NCBI GenBank assembly: GCA_965243205.1
Contig: CBDEUK010000002.1
Span: 384,001 to 448,000 of the forward strand
From: Gammaproteobacteria bacterium
GTDB taxonomy: Bacteria; Pseudomonadota; Gammaproteobacteria; Eutrophobiales; Eutrophobiaceae
Direction of reading: 5' to 3'
Length of the DNA stretch: 64,000 nt
Positions within the stretch are counted from its first letter, which is position 1, and the number at the start of each line of letters is the position of its first letter. The position numbers were made by a program, and so were the translations under genes. Below the pieces are notes generated by a model. That model was not told the origin of the DNA. It made no database searches and worked only from the letters and a program-made list of their open reading frames with translations. Of this stretch, positions 42,414 through 54,240 are shown one piece after another.

Positions 42414-43571
42414 GTGAGCTTTAACCAAACTAGCTATCAATTTAAAGTACTCGATTCTTTATCAAGCATTAGCTCCAATGACTGGAATGCTTTAAATGAA
42501 AAGCAAAATCCTTTTCTTAGCTACGATTTTTTATATTCCTTAGAAAAATTTGACTGTCTAAAAAATCAACACTGGCAATCCAATCATTTCGTTTTATATG
42601 ATAACGATACACTTATTGCAGCAGTCCCAGGATATTATAAAACCGATTCCTATGGTGAATTTGTTTTTGATTGGGCTTGGGCAGATGCTTACCAGCGAGC
42701 TGGCAAATCGTATTATCCCAAATTTGTTTCGGCAATTCCTTTTACCCCAGTTCTTGGCAATAGATTATTAGTAAAAGAAAAAGCTGCAAATAAAGACTCG
42801 ATTTGCAATACCTTTATTAAAAATATTATCCATGAAATAAATCAGAATGATTTATCGTCAGCACATTTTTTATTCAGTCAACAAGCTTTAAACAATTTTG
42901 CAGATGATGAGCAACTGTTAACTCGTTTAACTTGGCAATATCATTGGAAAAATCGTGGCTATGAATCATTTAATGATTTTTTAAATTCACTCAATTCAAA
43001 ACGCCGCAAACAAATTCGTAAAGAACGTCGTGCCATTGATAATTTCGGTCTCGAGTTTGAGGTGCTAGAAGGTAATGCTATTAGGGAACATCATTGGAAT
43101 ATCTTTTATGATTTTTATTGTTCAACATTCGAAAGGAAATGGGGTGAGCCAAGATTCACTTTGCCATTTTTTCAAAACCTTTCTGAAACCATGCCTGAAA
43201 ATATTATCTTGATACTCGCAAAAGATCAGTCGGGTTATATAGCGGGGGCATTTGCCATGCGTTCTAAAGATACTTTATATGGCAGGCATTGGGGGTGTAA
43301 TAAGTTCGTACAAAATTTACATTTCGAATGTTGTTATTACCAAACCATTGATTACTGTATACGCAATCAATTATCAAAACTTGATGCCGGTATCCAAGGT
43401 GAACATAAAATCTTTCGTGGTTTTGAGCCTGTTGTTTGCAAGTCGTATCATTACATCACTGAACCCACGTTTAGAAACGGAATAGCTGACTTTTTAGTTC
43501 ATGAAACAAAGCACATAAATGAGCAAATTGACCTTTTAAATCAGCATTTACCATATACACTTAAAGTATGA
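42414..43571 (+). CDS. FemAB-like GNAT family protein (DUF482)
   Basis: SYGEFVFDWAWADAY, PFTPV, QYHW.NRGY, LYGRHWG, LHFECCYYQ, QGEHK..RGF. Confidence 0.88.
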   Translation: MSFNQTSYQFKVLDSLSSISSNDWNALNEKQNPFLSYDFLYSLEKFDCLKNQHWQSNHFVLYDNDTLIAAVPGYYKTDSYGEFVFDWAWADAYQRAGKSYYPKFVSAIPFTPVLGNRLLVKEKAANKDSICNTFIKNIIHEINQNDLSSAHFLFSQQALNNFADDEQLLTRLTWQYHWKNRGYESFNDFLNSLNSKRRKQIRKERRAIDNFGLEFEVLEGNAIREHHWNIFYDFYCSTFERKWGEPRFTLPFFQNLSETMPENIILILAKDQSGYIAGAFAMRSKDTLYGRHWGCNKFVQNLHFECCYYQTIDYCIRNQLSKLDAGIQGEHKIFRGFEPVVCKSYHYITEPTFRNGIADFLVHETKHINEQIDLLNQHLPYTLKV

Positions 43572-44305
43572 CTCAAAATTATGATGATGCCAGCAAATCA
43601 CAATTATATTGGGTAGCCGAAAATGTTATTTCGACAAAGTTTCCCGATGTAAAATCAGCTTTGCGCTCCCCGGATGGCTTACTTGCGATTGGTGGGGATT
43701 TAACGGAACAGCGATTACTGTCAGCTTATCAAAAAGGTATTTTTCCCTGGTATAACCAAGGACAACCTATTATGTGGTGGTCTCCAGATCCTCGTTGTAT
43801 TTTTGATATTAATGAAATTAAAATCAGTCGTAGCTTAAGAAAAATTCTAAAATCTCAAAAGTTCACCGTTAGCATGAATAGCGATTTTGAACGTGTGATA
43901 GGTGGTTGTGCAGCTCCAAGGGTTGATCATGATGAAACCTGGATTAGTCAAGATGTACATCAAGCCTATCTAGATTTACACCATTCTGGATATGCTCATT
44001 CCATAGAATGTTGGATTAGTAATCAGCTCGTAGGAGGTCTTTATGGTATTGCTATTGGAAAAGTTTTTTTTGGTGAGTCGATGTTTTCTAGAGCATCAAA
44101 TGCCTCTAAAGTTGCATTAGTCTATCTTGCAAATTTTTTGAAACAACATTCGTTTTTAATGATTGATTGTCAAATTTATTCGGAACATTTGGCCAGCCTT
44201 GGGGCCAAAACAATCGCACGTGATGAATTTACCCAAGCATTATCTAAACATTGTAACCTTATCGAACCACATAAATGGCCCGCACAAATATTAGAATATG
44301 AGTGA
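43568..44305 (+). CDS. aat: Leucyl/phenylalanyl-tRNA--protein transferase
   Basis: GLLAIGGDL, GIFPW, WWSPDPR, LVGGLYG, FFGESMFS. Confidence 0.96.
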   Translation: MTQNYDDASKSQLYWVAENVISTKFPDVKSALRSPDGLLAIGGDLTEQRLLSAYQKGIFPWYNQGQPIMWWSPDPRCIFDINEIKISRSLRKILKSQKFTVSMNSDFERVIGGCAAPRVDHDETWISQDVHQAYLDLHHSGYAHSIECWISNQLVGGLYGIAIGKVFFGESMFSRASNASKVALVYLANFLKQHSFLMIDCQIYSEHLASLGAKTIARDEFTQALSKHCNLIEPHKWPAQILEYE

Positions 44306-45014
44306 TCCAAAAAATTCCTTGGGATTTTTTATTACACCATCCCATGATTGCAATTATTTAGAAAATCAAAAAGCGGTAACGTTATTTGCTGATCCCAATT
44401 TCCCTAAAAATAAACATTTGTATTCAGCTTTAACCAGTATTGGATTTCGACGCAGTGGCGGCCACTTATATCAGCCCAATTGTGAAACATGCACAGCTTG
44501 TATTTCAGTACGATTAGATGTTAATCAATTTGTTGCCAATAAAACTCAAAAACGAAATTGGAAAAAAAACCAAGATCTTAAAATTCAATCTCTGCCTGCA
44601 GAATTTAAACAAGATCATTATTTACTCTATCAAAAATATATGAACTTACGTCATTCTGGTGGCGGCATGGAAGCTCATACACCAGAAACTTATATGGAAT
44701 TTCTAAAAAGCAGTTGGTCCGAAACAGAATTTATTGAATTTACTTTAGATGGAAAACTAATATGTGTGGCTGTTGTAGATACCTTGGATAATGCTTTATC
44801 CGCTGTTTATACTTTTTTTGAGCCAGAATATGAAAAACGAAGCTTAGGGCGTTTTGCGATACTGTTCCAAATTGAATTAGCAAAACAACGCAATTTACAA
44901 TGGTTATATCTAGGTTATTGGATTCAAGAATGCCGCAAGATGCGTTATAAAAGTGAATATCAACCGATGCAATATTTTATCAATAATGAGTGGCAAGATT
45001 CGCCAGAAATTTAA
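44298..45014 (+). CDS. bpt: Asp/Glu leucyltransferase (ATE1-like)
   Basis: CNYL, GFRRSG, CETCTAC, RH..GGM, SAVYTFF, YLGYWI, KMRYK. Confidence 0.9.
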   Translation: MSDPKNSLGFFITPSHDCNYLENQKAVTLFADPNFPKNKHLYSALTSIGFRRSGGHLYQPNCETCTACISVRLDVNQFVANKTQKRNWKKNQDLKIQSLPAEFKQDHYLLYQKYMNLRHSGGGMEAHTPETYMEFLKSSWSETEFIEFTLDGKLICVAVVDTLDNALSAVYTFFEPEYEKRSLGRFAILFQIELAKQRNLQWLYLGYWIQECRKMRYKSEYQPMQYFINNEWQDSPEI

Positions 45015-45080
45015 TCATTATTTTTGCCAATCATGTATTTTTAGTGCACAATTCGCTTTTTTTTAAACAAGGCGAATTTT

Positions 45081-45299
45081 ATGGCGAAAGAAGATCATAT
45101 TGAAATGGAAGGCACAATCATTGAAACCCTACCGAATACAATGTTTCGTGTGGAATTAGAAAATGGGCATGTCATAACAGCTCATATTTCTGGCAAGATG
45201 CGTAAAAACTATATCCGTATTTTAACAGGGGATAAAGTCACTGTTGAAATGACACCTTATGATCTATCGAAAGGCCGTATAACTTATCGAGCAAGATAA
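45081..45299 (+). CDS. infA: Translation initiation factor IF-1
   Basis: [11 protein letters not shown]...[14 protein letters not shown]...[14 protein letters not shown]. Confidence 0.98.
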   Translation: MAKEDHIEMEGTIIETLPNTMFRVELENGHVITAHISGKMRKNYIRILTGDKVTVEMTPYDLSKGRITYRAR

Positions 45300-45318
45300 G
45301 CATTATTTATTGTTATTC

Positions 45319-46080
45319 TTATTTTTTACTCCATTCTTCTCTAGCTTTTTCTAAATCTTCTGGCGTATCAATTCCGATACCTGTTGAGTCTATTGCAATA
45401 GAAACATGGATCTTTTCTCCATGATATAAAGCTCGAAGTTGTTCTAGCGACTCAACAATTTCGAGATTTGCTCGTTGCATTTGACTGAATTCGGTTAAAA
45501 ATTTATTACGATAAGCATATAAACCAATATGCCTGTAATACTGTCTTTCATGAAAATTAGAATCTAACTTACCATTTGAATCCCTATCCCAAGGGATGGG
45601 AGCTCGACTAAAATACAATGCGTAATTATTTTCATCACTGATAACTTTTACAATGTTTGGATCCAACACTTCTTCTGTCTGATGAATAGGTTCGCAAATA
45701 GTTGCCATATTACAATCAGAGTTAAGATGTAAAGCTTCAGCAACTTGATTAATAACTCCAGAGGTCATCCCTAATTCATCACCTTGTAGATTGACAATCA
45801 CTTCATCATCCGCAAGATTTAATATCTTAGCTGCTTCTGCTAATCGGTCTGTTCCTGACTCATGATATTGTGATGTCATAACAACATTTGCGTTAAATGA
45901 TTTTGCAGCAGCTTCTATACGTTCGTCATCACAAGCAATATAAATATTGTTAGCTTTGCTGAGGCAAGCTGACTCATATACATGTTGGATTAATGGTTTA
46001 CCCGCAATATCTAATAATGGTTTAGATGGCAATCGTGTAGAAGCATAACGGCAAGGGATGATAACTGAAAAAGAATTCAT
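45319..46080 (-). CDS. kdsB: 3-deoxy-manno-octulosonate cytidylyltransferase
   Basis: RYASTRLP.KPL, SGTDR, NLQGDE, ALYFSR, HIGLYAY, ESLEQLR. Confidence 0.96.
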   Translation of the reverse strand: MNSFSVIIPCRYASTRLPSKPLLDIAGKPLIQHVYESACLSKANNIYIACDDERIEAAAKSFNANVVMTSQYHESGTDRLAEAAKILNLADDEVIVNLQGDELGMTSGVINQVAEALHLNSDCNMATICEPIHQTEEVLDPNIVKVISDENNYALYFSRAPIPWDRDSNGKLDSNFHERQYYRHIGLYAYRNKFLTEFSQMQRANLEIVESLEQLRALYHGEKIHVSIAIDSTGIGIDTPEDLEKAREEWSKK

Positions 46081-46082
46081 AA

Positions 46083-46277
46083 TTAACGATATTGCTCTAA
46101 CTCTTCTTCAGTTAATGTTCTGGCTTCATCCTCTAGCATTACAGGAATGCCATCCGTTATTTTATAGGCTAACTTTGCTGATTTAGAAATCAATTCTTGA
46201 TTTTTTTTATCGTAAATCAAAGGTCCTTTGGTTACAGGACAAACCAATATATCTAATAATTTTTTATCCAATGCCAA
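46083..46277 (-). CDS. ycaR: Trm112/YcaR family protein
   Basis: [12 protein letters not shown]...DGIPVML; lies between lpxK and kdsB. Confidence 0.92.
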   Translation of the reverse strand: MALDKKLLDILVCPVTKGPLIYDKKNQELISKSAKLAYKITDGIPVMLEDEARTLTEEELEQYR

Positions 46278-47259
46278 TCTCCTTTAAAAAAATATCTAGG
46301 CGATGTGTAAACGCATCAGGCAATACAGCTTTGATCGGTAAATACCAAATATTATCCGTTGCAAATTTTTCACATTTAATCGCATCTTTTTCGGTCATTA
46401 TAATAGGATAATCATTATCAAACTGCAGATCTTTGTATTCATATTGATGATGATCAGTAAATTTATGTCGTATTAACTTAAGATCGTGACGAATTAAATA
46501 GGAATAAAATTTTTCAGGACTCGCAATACCACTGACAGCATTTACCGTTTGTTGACTAAATTCTTGAATCGGTTTTGTGATATTCGGATTATTTAAAGAG
46601 ACAAGATCGTCATAGGTATATTCCATAAGGAATTCTCCTCTTTGTGCTCTTGCATTTGCAACTACCATATCAACATTTTTTAATCTTGAAACAGGTTCTC
46701 GCAGTGGGCCTGCTGGTATACAAAAACCATTGCCATGTCGACGCAAGCCATCAATTACTGCTATTTCAATATCTCTACCCAATGCGTGATGTTGTAAACC
46801 ATCATCACAAATAATTACATCCACATTTTCATGTTCCAATAAACCCTCAACAGCCTTACTACGATTTTTTCCAATAGCAACAGGACAATTGGCTTTTCGT
46901 GCAATCATTATAGGTTCATCACCGACTAACTCAGGATTGCTATCTACACGAACTTGTTGAACACTATTATTTAATTTCCCACCATAACCTCGGCTAATCA
47001 CGCCAGGCAAACGGCCTTTTTGTTTTAAATAATCGACTAACCAAATGGTTAACGGTGATTTGCCAGTTCCTCCAGCTACAATATTACCAATAACGATGAT
47101 AGGTATATTAAATTTATTAACACGCATCAGCCCTGCTTTGTAGATTTGTTTACGTACAAAAATTATAAAGCGATATAGCCAACTTAATGGAAGTAAAAAA
47201 TACGCAAGCGGATGCTTGTTATACCAAGTCTCTTCAAGTAATTCAGATAATGACATCAC
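46264..47259 (-). CDS. lpxK: Tetraacyldisaccharide 4'-kinase
   Basis: [41 protein letters not shown]. Confidence 0.96.
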   Translation of the reverse strand: MMSLSELLEETWYNKHPLAYFLLPLSWLYRFIIFVRKQIYKAGLMRVNKFNIPIIVIGNIVAGGTGKSPLTIWLVDYLKQKGRLPGVISRGYGGKLNNSVQQVRVDSNPELVGDEPIMIARKANCPVAIGKNRSKAVEGLLEHENVDVIICDDGLQHHALGRDIEIAVIDGLRRHGNGFCIPAGPLREPVSRLKNVDMVVANARAQRGEFLMEYTYDDLVSLNNPNITKPIQEFSQQTVNAVSGIASPEKFYSYLIRHDLKLIRHKFTDHHQYEYKDLQFDNDYPIIMTEKDAIKCEKFATDNIWYLPIKAVLPDAFTHRLDIFLKEIGIG

Positions 47260-47286
47260 AACCGAACAAACAATAATAGAGGATGG

Positions 47287-47709
47287 TTACTCTTCTTCTT
47301 CGTATTTTTGTGTTGCAAAGGTAATCCTCACAAGTCCTAATTGGCGAGCAGCATCCATTACCTTAATGACATTTTGATAATTAGTATGAGAGTCAGCCGT
47401 AATAATAACAGGAGCATCATTACGTAAACCTAATTTATCAAAAAGTGCTTGTTTGATTGTATCTATTTTAGAATTTACCAAAGCCATATCATTCACATAA
47501 ACATCTCCTTTCGAATCAACCGAAATATTGATCGCGTCGGGCTTTGCTTCAGTGACTTCTTCACTGGCTTGAGGCAAAGTAATATTAATTTCAGATTCAC
47601 GTTCGAACGTGGTCGAAACCATAAAAAAGATCAATAACAAAAATACTACATCGATTAATGGTGTTAAGTTAATGTCTGAATCGTCTTTGTCAGCGGTTCT
47701 GAAATTCAT
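47287..47709 (-). CDS. exbD: ExbD/TolR family protein
   Basis: INLTPLIDVVFLLLIFFMV. Confidence 0.92.
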   Translation of the reverse strand: MNFRTADKDDSDINLTPLIDVVFLLLIFFMVSTTFERESEINITLPQASEEVTEAKPDAINISVDSKGDVYVNDMALVNSKIDTIKQALFDKLGLRNDAPVIITADSHTNYQNVIKVMDAARQLGLVRITFATQKYEEEE

Positions 47710-48338
47710 GAAACAACTTCCTCATTTTCATTACTGCGTAAACCCGTCATGACTTCGACCATTTTTAATGACTCTTGCTCCATTGTGATGATCAATTGAT
47801 TTACTTTGCCGCGAAAATAACGCAGGAACATTAATGTAGGAATTGCTACAGCTAAACCTGCTGCAGTAGTAATCAAGGCTTCCGAAATACCTTCCGCTAA
47901 AATACTTGGGTCACCAACACCTTGAGCCGTAATAACAGCAAAGACTTTGATCATACCGATAACAGTACCGAGCAAACCCAATAAAGGGGTTATTGAGGCA
48001 ATAGTACCCAAAGTATTTAAAAAACGTTCTAATTCAAATGCGACGTGACGCCCAACATCCTCAATACTTTCCTTCATCACTTCGCGGTCACGTTCTCTAT
48101 TTAGTAAACCTGCTGCTAAGATTCTTCCAAGAGGTGAACTGACACGGATTTCGTGGATACGTTTCGCATTTAAACTACCAGCGTTTTGCCATTGCCATAC
48201 ATTAGATACTAAATTTTTAGGAGCAACTCGATTACTTTGTAAGAACCAAAAGCGCTCAGCAATAATTGCCAACGAGACAATCGAACACAACATTATTGGC
48301 CACATTAACAAGCCACCAGCTTTCACTAATTCCAGCAC
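47706..48338 (-). CDS. exbB: MotA/TolQ/ExbB proton channel protein
   Basis: PLLGLLGTVIGMI, GISEALITTAAGL.VAIP. Confidence 0.92.
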   Translation of the reverse strand: MLELVKAGGLLMWPIMLCSIVSLAIIAERFWFLQSNRVAPKNLVSNVWQWQNAGSLNAKRIHEIRVSSPLGRILAAGLLNRERDREVMKESIEDVGRHVAFELERFLNTLGTIASITPLLGLLGTVIGMIKVFAVITAQGVGDPSILAEGISEALITTAAGLAVAIPTLMFLRYFRGKVNQLIITMEQESLKMVEVMTGLRSNENEEVVS

Positions 48339-48376
48339 TGCTTAACTCCCCTAGTTATAATATTTTTGTAAAAATT

Positions 48377-50701
48377 TTATGGAATAGTATGCCAAAAACG
48401 CCGATGTTCTGCTCGATATTGTGAGATATTCAACTCATTATTGGTCAATTTAAAGCTTAACATCCCACTGTCGACCGTACTGATCGCCTGTACACCACGT
48501 TTTTGATAACGGCTCATTATAACCTGTTTTGGAAAGCCGAAGCGATTACGATAACCATTTGTTATTAAAGCATATTTTGGCTTAATTACATCAATAAACG
48601 GCTCTGAAGATGAAGTCTTACTACCATGATGAGGAACCAGTAAGATATCTGATTGCAGCGTATTCGAATACTGTTCTAGTAATTTCAGCTCAATTTTATA
48701 ATCAATATCACCAGGTAATAAAATTTTCAGTGAATCTGTATTTATTTGCACAACACAAGATGATTGATTTTTACTCAACGATCCTAAACCTGTGATATTT
48801 TTCGGGTGTAAAATCGTAAAATCTATTCCGTCTTTTTTCCAAGATTGTCGATAAGTACAATCACTATGTTTCCATAACTTTTGCTCTTTCTGATTAAATT
48901 TACCGTTAAAAAGTACTTCGTCTACTTGAATTCCCTCCAATACCGAAGCCAAACCACCAATATGATCGTTATCTGCATGACTAATGATCAACTTATCCAC
49001 TTTAGAAACGCCTAAGGTTTGTAAGACAGGTACAACAACCGCTGAACCGGCATTAAATCGATCACTGAATTTAGCACCTGTATCATATAACATCGTTTGG
49101 TTTGCCGTTTGTACAATCACCGCGGTACCTTGTCCAACATCTAATATATGCAACCAAACATCATTATTTTTCGGTTTATCAACTGTCGAAAAAAATAAAG
49201 GGCTTAACAAAAGGAATGCTAAAGTTTTAGCTGGAAATCCTCCTGGTAATAAAAACCATAATACTGCTATCAATGAAATAATTGTTGTGATTAAGCTAGG
49301 CGATGAGACAGAAAGTTCAAATTTAGGAAACGAATAAATAAATTCAAGAAATGACCAAAGTAACGACATACTGATATCAATTAACGACAAAATATATCCT
49401 GACAGTTCAGGCTGCACTAAATCTACTATCGCATAGATTAATATCAATGGAACGACACAAAAGCTGACGATTGGAATCGCGATTATATTCGCTACAAAAC
49501 TAAACTCAGATATCATTTGGAACCAAAATAGTGCCATTGGCATTAACCCTATCATTATCAACCACTGTGCTCTACCCCAAGCCCACCATATTCCTTCAGG
49601 TTTAACTCTGTAACTCATGCCATAAATAATGAAACCAACTGCCGTAAATGAGAGCCAAAAACTTGGAGTATTAATTGCAAAAGGATCCAGTAAAAAGATA
49701 AACAATAAACTAGTTGAAAATAAACGTCTGATGGATATCGAATTATAGTTCCAGATACTAAGAACAGAGAGACATAACATGATGAGTGCACGTTGTGTAG
49801 GTAAGGCAAAGCCTGCTAAAGCAGAATAAAAAATGGCAAATACTAATCCAGCTAATAAGGCTATTCTTTGAGCAGGCACTCGAACAATTAAAAACGGCAA
49901 TAAACGGAACAAATAATTTGCTACAAAATAACCAAAAGTAAAAACCAAACCTATGTGTAATCCTGAAATCGCTAATAGATGACTGGTTCCTGTTTGTTGT
50001 AATACCTTCCATTGTTCTGCCGTTATTAATGATTTATCCCCAATCATCAAAGCAACAATTAAATTTTTAAGTTCATTACCTTGAGAAAATTTATTCAAAA
50101 AAGAATTTTTAAGCTTGTACCGAAGGTAATCGATAGAAAAATCATTATCTTTAGATAAAACTTGGCAACTTTTTTTAGCGACTACATAACCTGTTGCTCG
50201 TATAGCTTGATGAAACAAATAAAATTCATAATCAAATGTTCCTAAATTAAAAAAACCATAAGGACGTTTTAATTTAATATAACAATTTAATGTTTGGCCT
50301 GGTTCAAGATTATTTTCAAATTGGTTCCAAGTAAGCTGAATTAATTTCGGTAATTGATAGGTTTGATTATTAAAGGATATAGGCTCTTCTATTTTGAACT
50401 TAAAACGTTGTCCAAACTGAGTCCGTTCAGGTAATGAAGCAACTTTTCCTGTTACTTCAATCAGTTCACCTTCAAGCTCTCTATGCAGGTCATTGGATAA
50501 AATTAATTCTGCTCTAAACCAAGTCCATAAAAAACCAATTGCGATAAAAGCAATTAAATTAAGTGTTCTGGATCGAGTAAAAATTAAGCAAAAAAAGGGA
50601 AATAATAGAAATGGGTAATCAGGAAGATCTCCCAATTGTAGAAATAAGGCTATCCCTAAGAAAAATCCAATAGTGATTTTTAACATACCTGTCCTTGGCA
50701 A
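48377..50701 (-). CDS. comEC: DNA uptake channel ComEC/Rec2
   Basis: GTSHLLAISGLH, PTQRA, LDVGQG, ISHADNDHIGG, VPHHGS. Confidence 0.94.
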   Translation of the reverse strand: MPRTGMLKITIGFFLGIALFLQLGDLPDYPFLLFPFFCLIFTRSRTLNLIAFIAIGFLWTWFRAELILSNDLHRELEGELIEVTGKVASLPERTQFGQRFKFKIEEPISFNNQTYQLPKLIQLTWNQFENNLEPGQTLNCYIKLKRPYGFFNLGTFDYEFYLFHQAIRATGYVVAKKSCQVLSKDNDFSIDYLRYKLKNSFLNKFSQGNELKNLIVALMIGDKSLITAEQWKVLQQTGTSHLLAISGLHIGLVFTFGYFVANYLFRLLPFLIVRVPAQRIALLAGLVFAIFYSALAGFALPTQRALIMLCLSVLSIWNYNSISIRRLFSTSLLFIFLLDPFAINTPSFWLSFTAVGFIIYGMSYRVKPEGIWWAWGRAQWLIMIGLMPMALFWFQMISEFSFVANIIAIPIVSFCVVPLILIYAIVDLVQPELSGYILSLIDISMSLLWSFLEFIYSFPKFELSVSSPSLITTIISLIAVLWFLLPGGFPAKTLAFLLLSPLFFSTVDKPKNNDVWLHILDVGQGTAVIVQTANQTMLYDTGAKFSDRFNAGSAVVVPVLQTLGVSKVDKLIISHADNDHIGGLASVLEGIQVDEVLFNGKFNQKEQKLWKHSDCTYRQSWKKDGIDFTILHPKNITGLGSLSKNQSSCVVQINTDSLKILLPGDIDYKIELKLLEQYSNTLQSDILLVPHHGSKTSSSEPFIDVIKPKYALITNGYRNRFGFPKQVIMSRYQKRGVQAISTVDSGMLSFKLTNNELNISQYRAEHRRFWHTIP

Positions 50702-50813
50702 TCATTACGGCATAAATTTTGTTAGCAGTTTAACATGAATTTAAAGAATATTTTTCCAAGAGTCGGCTATAATCCTCCCTTTTTAGACGCAGTAAATCCA
50801 TCCAAGTTATTTC

Positions 50814-51356
50814 ATGGTTAAGAAAGTTTTCAAAAAATACATGCCAGAGAGGCATCACATCGAGAAACATGGTGTGCTCGATTATTTCGGTGACTGGATT
50901 CACGATCCAAATCTGTGGCATTTAACCCGCCATTCTACCTCTGGTGGTGTTGCTAATGGCTTGTTTTGGGCTTTTTTGCCGATTCCAGGCCAACTGCTTT
51001 TAGGAATTTTCTGCGCGATCTATTTTCGGGTGAATATTCCAATTTCGGTCTTTGGGGTTTTCTTAACCAATCCGCTGACAATTGGCCCCGTTTTTTATGT
51101 GACCTACTTAATCGGTGCCACTATTTTGAATCAACCGATATACGATCTTAATTTTGAATGGTCGTGGGGATGGTTTGGTTCAACACTAGCAGATATTTGG
51201 TTTCCTTTATTATTTGGCTGTTTATTGTGTGGTGTTGTATCCGCTGTAATTGGCTATTTCGTTGTTCAAGGATTATGGCGATTAAATGTAGTACGAAGCT
51301 GGGAAAAACGTAAAGAAAAGTTACAACAACAAACGAACTCAATAAAAGAAGATTAA
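50814..51356 (+). CDS. DUF2062 family membrane protein
   Basis: DPNLWHLTR, LPIPGQ, TNPLT; usual position between lolD and comEC. Confidence 0.85.
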   Translation: MVKKVFKKYMPERHHIEKHGVLDYFGDWIHDPNLWHLTRHSTSGGVANGLFWAFLPIPGQLLLGIFCAIYFRVNIPISVFGVFLTNPLTIGPVFYVTYLIGATILNQPIYDLNFEWSWGWFGSTLADIWFPLLFGCLLCGVVSAVIGYFVVQGLWRLNVVRSWEKRKEKLQQQTNSIKED

Positions 51357-52052
51357 TTAAACCGTTTCTAATAAACCGTCGTGTAAACGATATTGCCTGT
51401 CCATTCTTGAAGCCAGCTCATTATTATGGGTGACCATAATTAAACTAGTACCGATTTCTTGATTCAATTGCATCATTAAGTCGAATACCTGATTTGATGT
51501 TTGCTCATCTAAATTACCAGTGGGCTCATCCGCTAATAAGCATTTTGGTTTGCTGACTAAAGCTCTAGCTATTGCTGCTCGTTGGCGCTCACCGCCAGAA
51601 AGTTCTCCTGGTTTGTGTTTAATCCGTTCACCTAAACCAACTTTTGTTAAAATATCTTGAGCTTGTTGTTTCGCTTCTTCTGGATTTGTATTACCCATGA
51701 TTAAAGGTAAGGCCACATTTTCTTCTGCAGTAAATTCAGGTAACAAATGATGAAATTGATAAATAAAACCCATGTATTTATTTCTTAATTCACCTTGCGC
51801 TTTTTCATTCACATTGGATAAATCATAACCACAAATACTGACCTTGCCTGAAGTTGGAATATCTAAACCGCCTAGTAAATGCAATAAGGTACTTTTACCT
51901 GAACCTGAAGAGCCAATAATGGCTATACGCTCAGATTGCTTAACATCTAAATCAATACCGCGTAGGACATCAACCGATAACTCACCTTGAGAAAAGTTTT
52001 TCTTCAATGAATCACAAGTCAAAACCGCATTATTCATATCATTACTACTCAT
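51357..52052 (-). CDS. lolD: Lipoprotein-releasing ABC ATPase
   Basis: [36 protein letters not shown]; ATG 52052 overlaps the upstream stop (TATGAGTAG). Confidence 0.94.
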   Translation of the reverse strand: MSSNDMNNAVLTCDSLKKNFSQGELSVDVLRGIDLDVKQSERIAIIGSSGSGKSTLLHLLGGLDIPTSGKVSICGYDLSNVNEKAQGELRNKYMGFIYQFHHLLPEFTAEENVALPLIMGNTNPEEAKQQAQDILTKVGLGERIKHKPGELSGGERQRAAIARALVSKPKCLLADEPTGNLDEQTSNQVFDLMMQLNQEIGTSLIMVTHNNELASRMDRQYRLHDGLLETV

Positions 52053-53289
52053 AACGCAAGGCCTCGGCTGGTTGAGTTTTCGAAGCACGCCATGATGGAT
52101 ATATCGTTGCTAATAGACAAATAATGAAAGAAATAATGGTAATAATTAAAACATCACTCCATAAAACTTCAGATGGTAATTTACTGATGTAATAAACATC
52201 CGATGGTAATAAATCAACATTGAATGTTTTTTCAAAAAGTTCTACAAGATTTTCAAGATTTAAAGCTAATGTAATACCTAACAATAAACCTAAACCGATA
52301 CCGACAATCCCGATAATCAAACCTTGGATCATAAATATTTTTGTAATATCACTTGGACTCGCGCCTAAGGTTCTAAAGACAGCGATATCACCTTGCTTAT
52401 CGGTTACGACCATACTTAAAGTTGAAATTATATTTATAGAAGCAACCAAAATAATTAAAGTTAAGATTAAGAACATTACTAATTTTTCTGTCTTTAATGC
52501 TCCTAAGAAATTCTTGTGTTCGTCAGTCCAATCTCTAACTGCGTACACTCCTTGCAAATCATTTCTGATCTGTTTGCTTATAATGGGTGCATTTAAAACA
52601 TCATCGGTTTTTATGCGTAAACCTGAATAACCTTGTTTACGAAAGAGTTTTTTTGAATCTTCTATATGAATTAACGCCACACCACCATCAAATTGATGCA
52701 TACCAATTTCAAAAACACCTTTGACAGTAAAACGCTTTAACCTAGGTAATACTCCTGCTGGAGTAACATTAGCTTGAGGTGCCACTATAGTAACTTTGTC
52801 ATTAATGCCCACGCCTAATGCATTGGCTAATTCAACGCCTAATATAATTCCATATTTTCCTTCTTCTAAACCTTTAAAGTCTCCTGCAATTATTTTTTCG
52901 GAAACTTCAGAAACCTTAGGCTCTTCATCTGGCAATATCCCTCTAATTAAAGCACCATTTACTCTCTGTCCATTAATCAACATACCCTGCGCATAATGAA
53001 ATGGAGCTACTCCAATCACATTTTCATGATCTATTACCTGATTTGCAACAGCCTGCCAATTTTGTAGTTGATCGTTTTGTTGGTAAATAGTCGCATGAGA
53101 TGCCATAGCCAAAGTGCGCTCAGTTAATTCTTTTTTAAAACCATTCATTACTGAAATGACTACAATCAATGTCATCACACCAAGTGCGACGCCTATTATC
53201 GAAATAAGAGATATAAATGAAATAAACTGGTTGCGGCGCTTCGCCTTAACGTAACGTAATCCAACAAAGGCCTGATAGGGTGTAAACAT
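52045..53289 (-). CDS. Lipoprotein-releasing ABC permease LolC/E
   Basis: [48 protein letters not shown]. Confidence 0.93.
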   Translation of the reverse strand: MFTPYQAFVGLRYVKAKRRNQFISFISLISIIGVALGVMTLIVVISVMNGFKKELTERTLAMASHATIYQQNDQLQNWQAVANQVIDHENVIGVAPFHYAQGMLINGQRVNGALIRGILPDEEPKVSEVSEKIIAGDFKGLEEGKYGIILGVELANALGVGINDKVTIVAPQANVTPAGVLPRLKRFTVKGVFEIGMHQFDGGVALIHIEDSKKLFRKQGYSGLRIKTDDVLNAPIISKQIRNDLQGVYAVRDWTDEHKNFLGALKTEKLVMFLILTLIILVASINIISTLSMVVTDKQGDIAVFRTLGASPSDITKIFMIQGLIIGIVGIGLGLLLGITLALNLENLVELFEKTFNVDLLPSDVYYISKLPSEVLWSDVLIITIISFIICLLATIYPSWRASKTQPAEALRYE

Positions 53290-53387
53290 GCGCGCTAGTA
53301 TACCGTAAATGAATCAGCTGTCTGGTTTTTCTTAAGTAATTTCTTAAGTTCTTATATGATTTTCTGGCTTATGACATAATCCAGCTC

Positions 53388-54056
53388 ATGAAGTTATTAA
53401 GCTTAGACACATCAACAGAATCTTGTTCCGCAGCGATTTATATCGATGGAAACATCAGCAAACATTATCAAGTTGCACCACGCCAACATGCAGAATTAAT
53501 TCTAACCATGGTGGATGAATTATTAGCCGAGTCTGATCTAAAACTGAATCAACTTGATGCCCTCGCCTTTGGCCGAGGTCCAGGCGCTTTCACTGGTTTG
53601 CGCGTTGCTGCGGGTGTAATCCAAGGTCTAGCCTATTCTGCTGACTTACCTGTGATTGCTATTTCTTCGTTAGCGACATTAGCTCAAGCATATGCAGAAC
53701 AATATAAATATCTTTTTCCATGCTTCGATGCGCGAATGGGTGAAATATATAGCGGTTTATATCAATCTACCGATACTGGAATCGTCGAATTAATCGGCCA
53801 AGAACAGGTCATAAGACCTGAATTTGTAGAATCCTTACCATCTTCAGCAGTCTATGGTCTTGGCACAGGCTGGGGAACATATTCTGAAATCTTAACCCAA
53901 CAATTAGGCTCAGAAAATATCATTGGTTTTGAACCAGAAGTTTTTCCAGATGCTGAAAATATGTTGCCATTAGCCATCCAAGCTTATGAATTAAAACAAT
54001 ACACAACAGCCGCTGAAGTCCGACCTGTTTATCTTAGAAACAAAGTGGTCAATTAA
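53388..54056 (+). CDS. tsaB: tRNA threonylcarbamoyladenosine biosynthesis protein
   Basis: LDTSTESCS, GRGPGAFTGLR, DARMGEIY, PVYLR. Confidence 0.95.
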   Translation: MKLLSLDTSTESCSAAIYIDGNISKHYQVAPRQHAELILTMVDELLAESDLKLNQLDALAFGRGPGAFTGLRVAAGVIQGLAYSADLPVIAISSLATLAQAYAEQYKYLFPCFDARMGEIYSGLYQSTDTGIVELIGQEQVIRPEFVESLPSSAVYGLGTGWGTYSEILTQQLGSENIIGFEPEVFPDAENMLPLAIQAYELKQYTTAAEVRPVYLRNKVVN

Positions 54057-54240
54057 CTATTATTTACTTTAAATAATAAATATATATTATTGTTTTTATT
54101 AATTTTATTAACTCTATTTAAAGCAGTTTCTTAGCTAAATTAAATTGATTTAAATACTAGTACAAAGGTATTATGTTTAGCGTTAAATGTGCGTAGACAC
54201 ATTACACTCAATCACTTTTCACACTATAAGAATAATAATT

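Noticed and set aside
42414-45299. GNAT-aat-bpt-infA run as a novel system
   Set aside because: This is a familiar N-degron pathway neighbourhood in proteobacteria.
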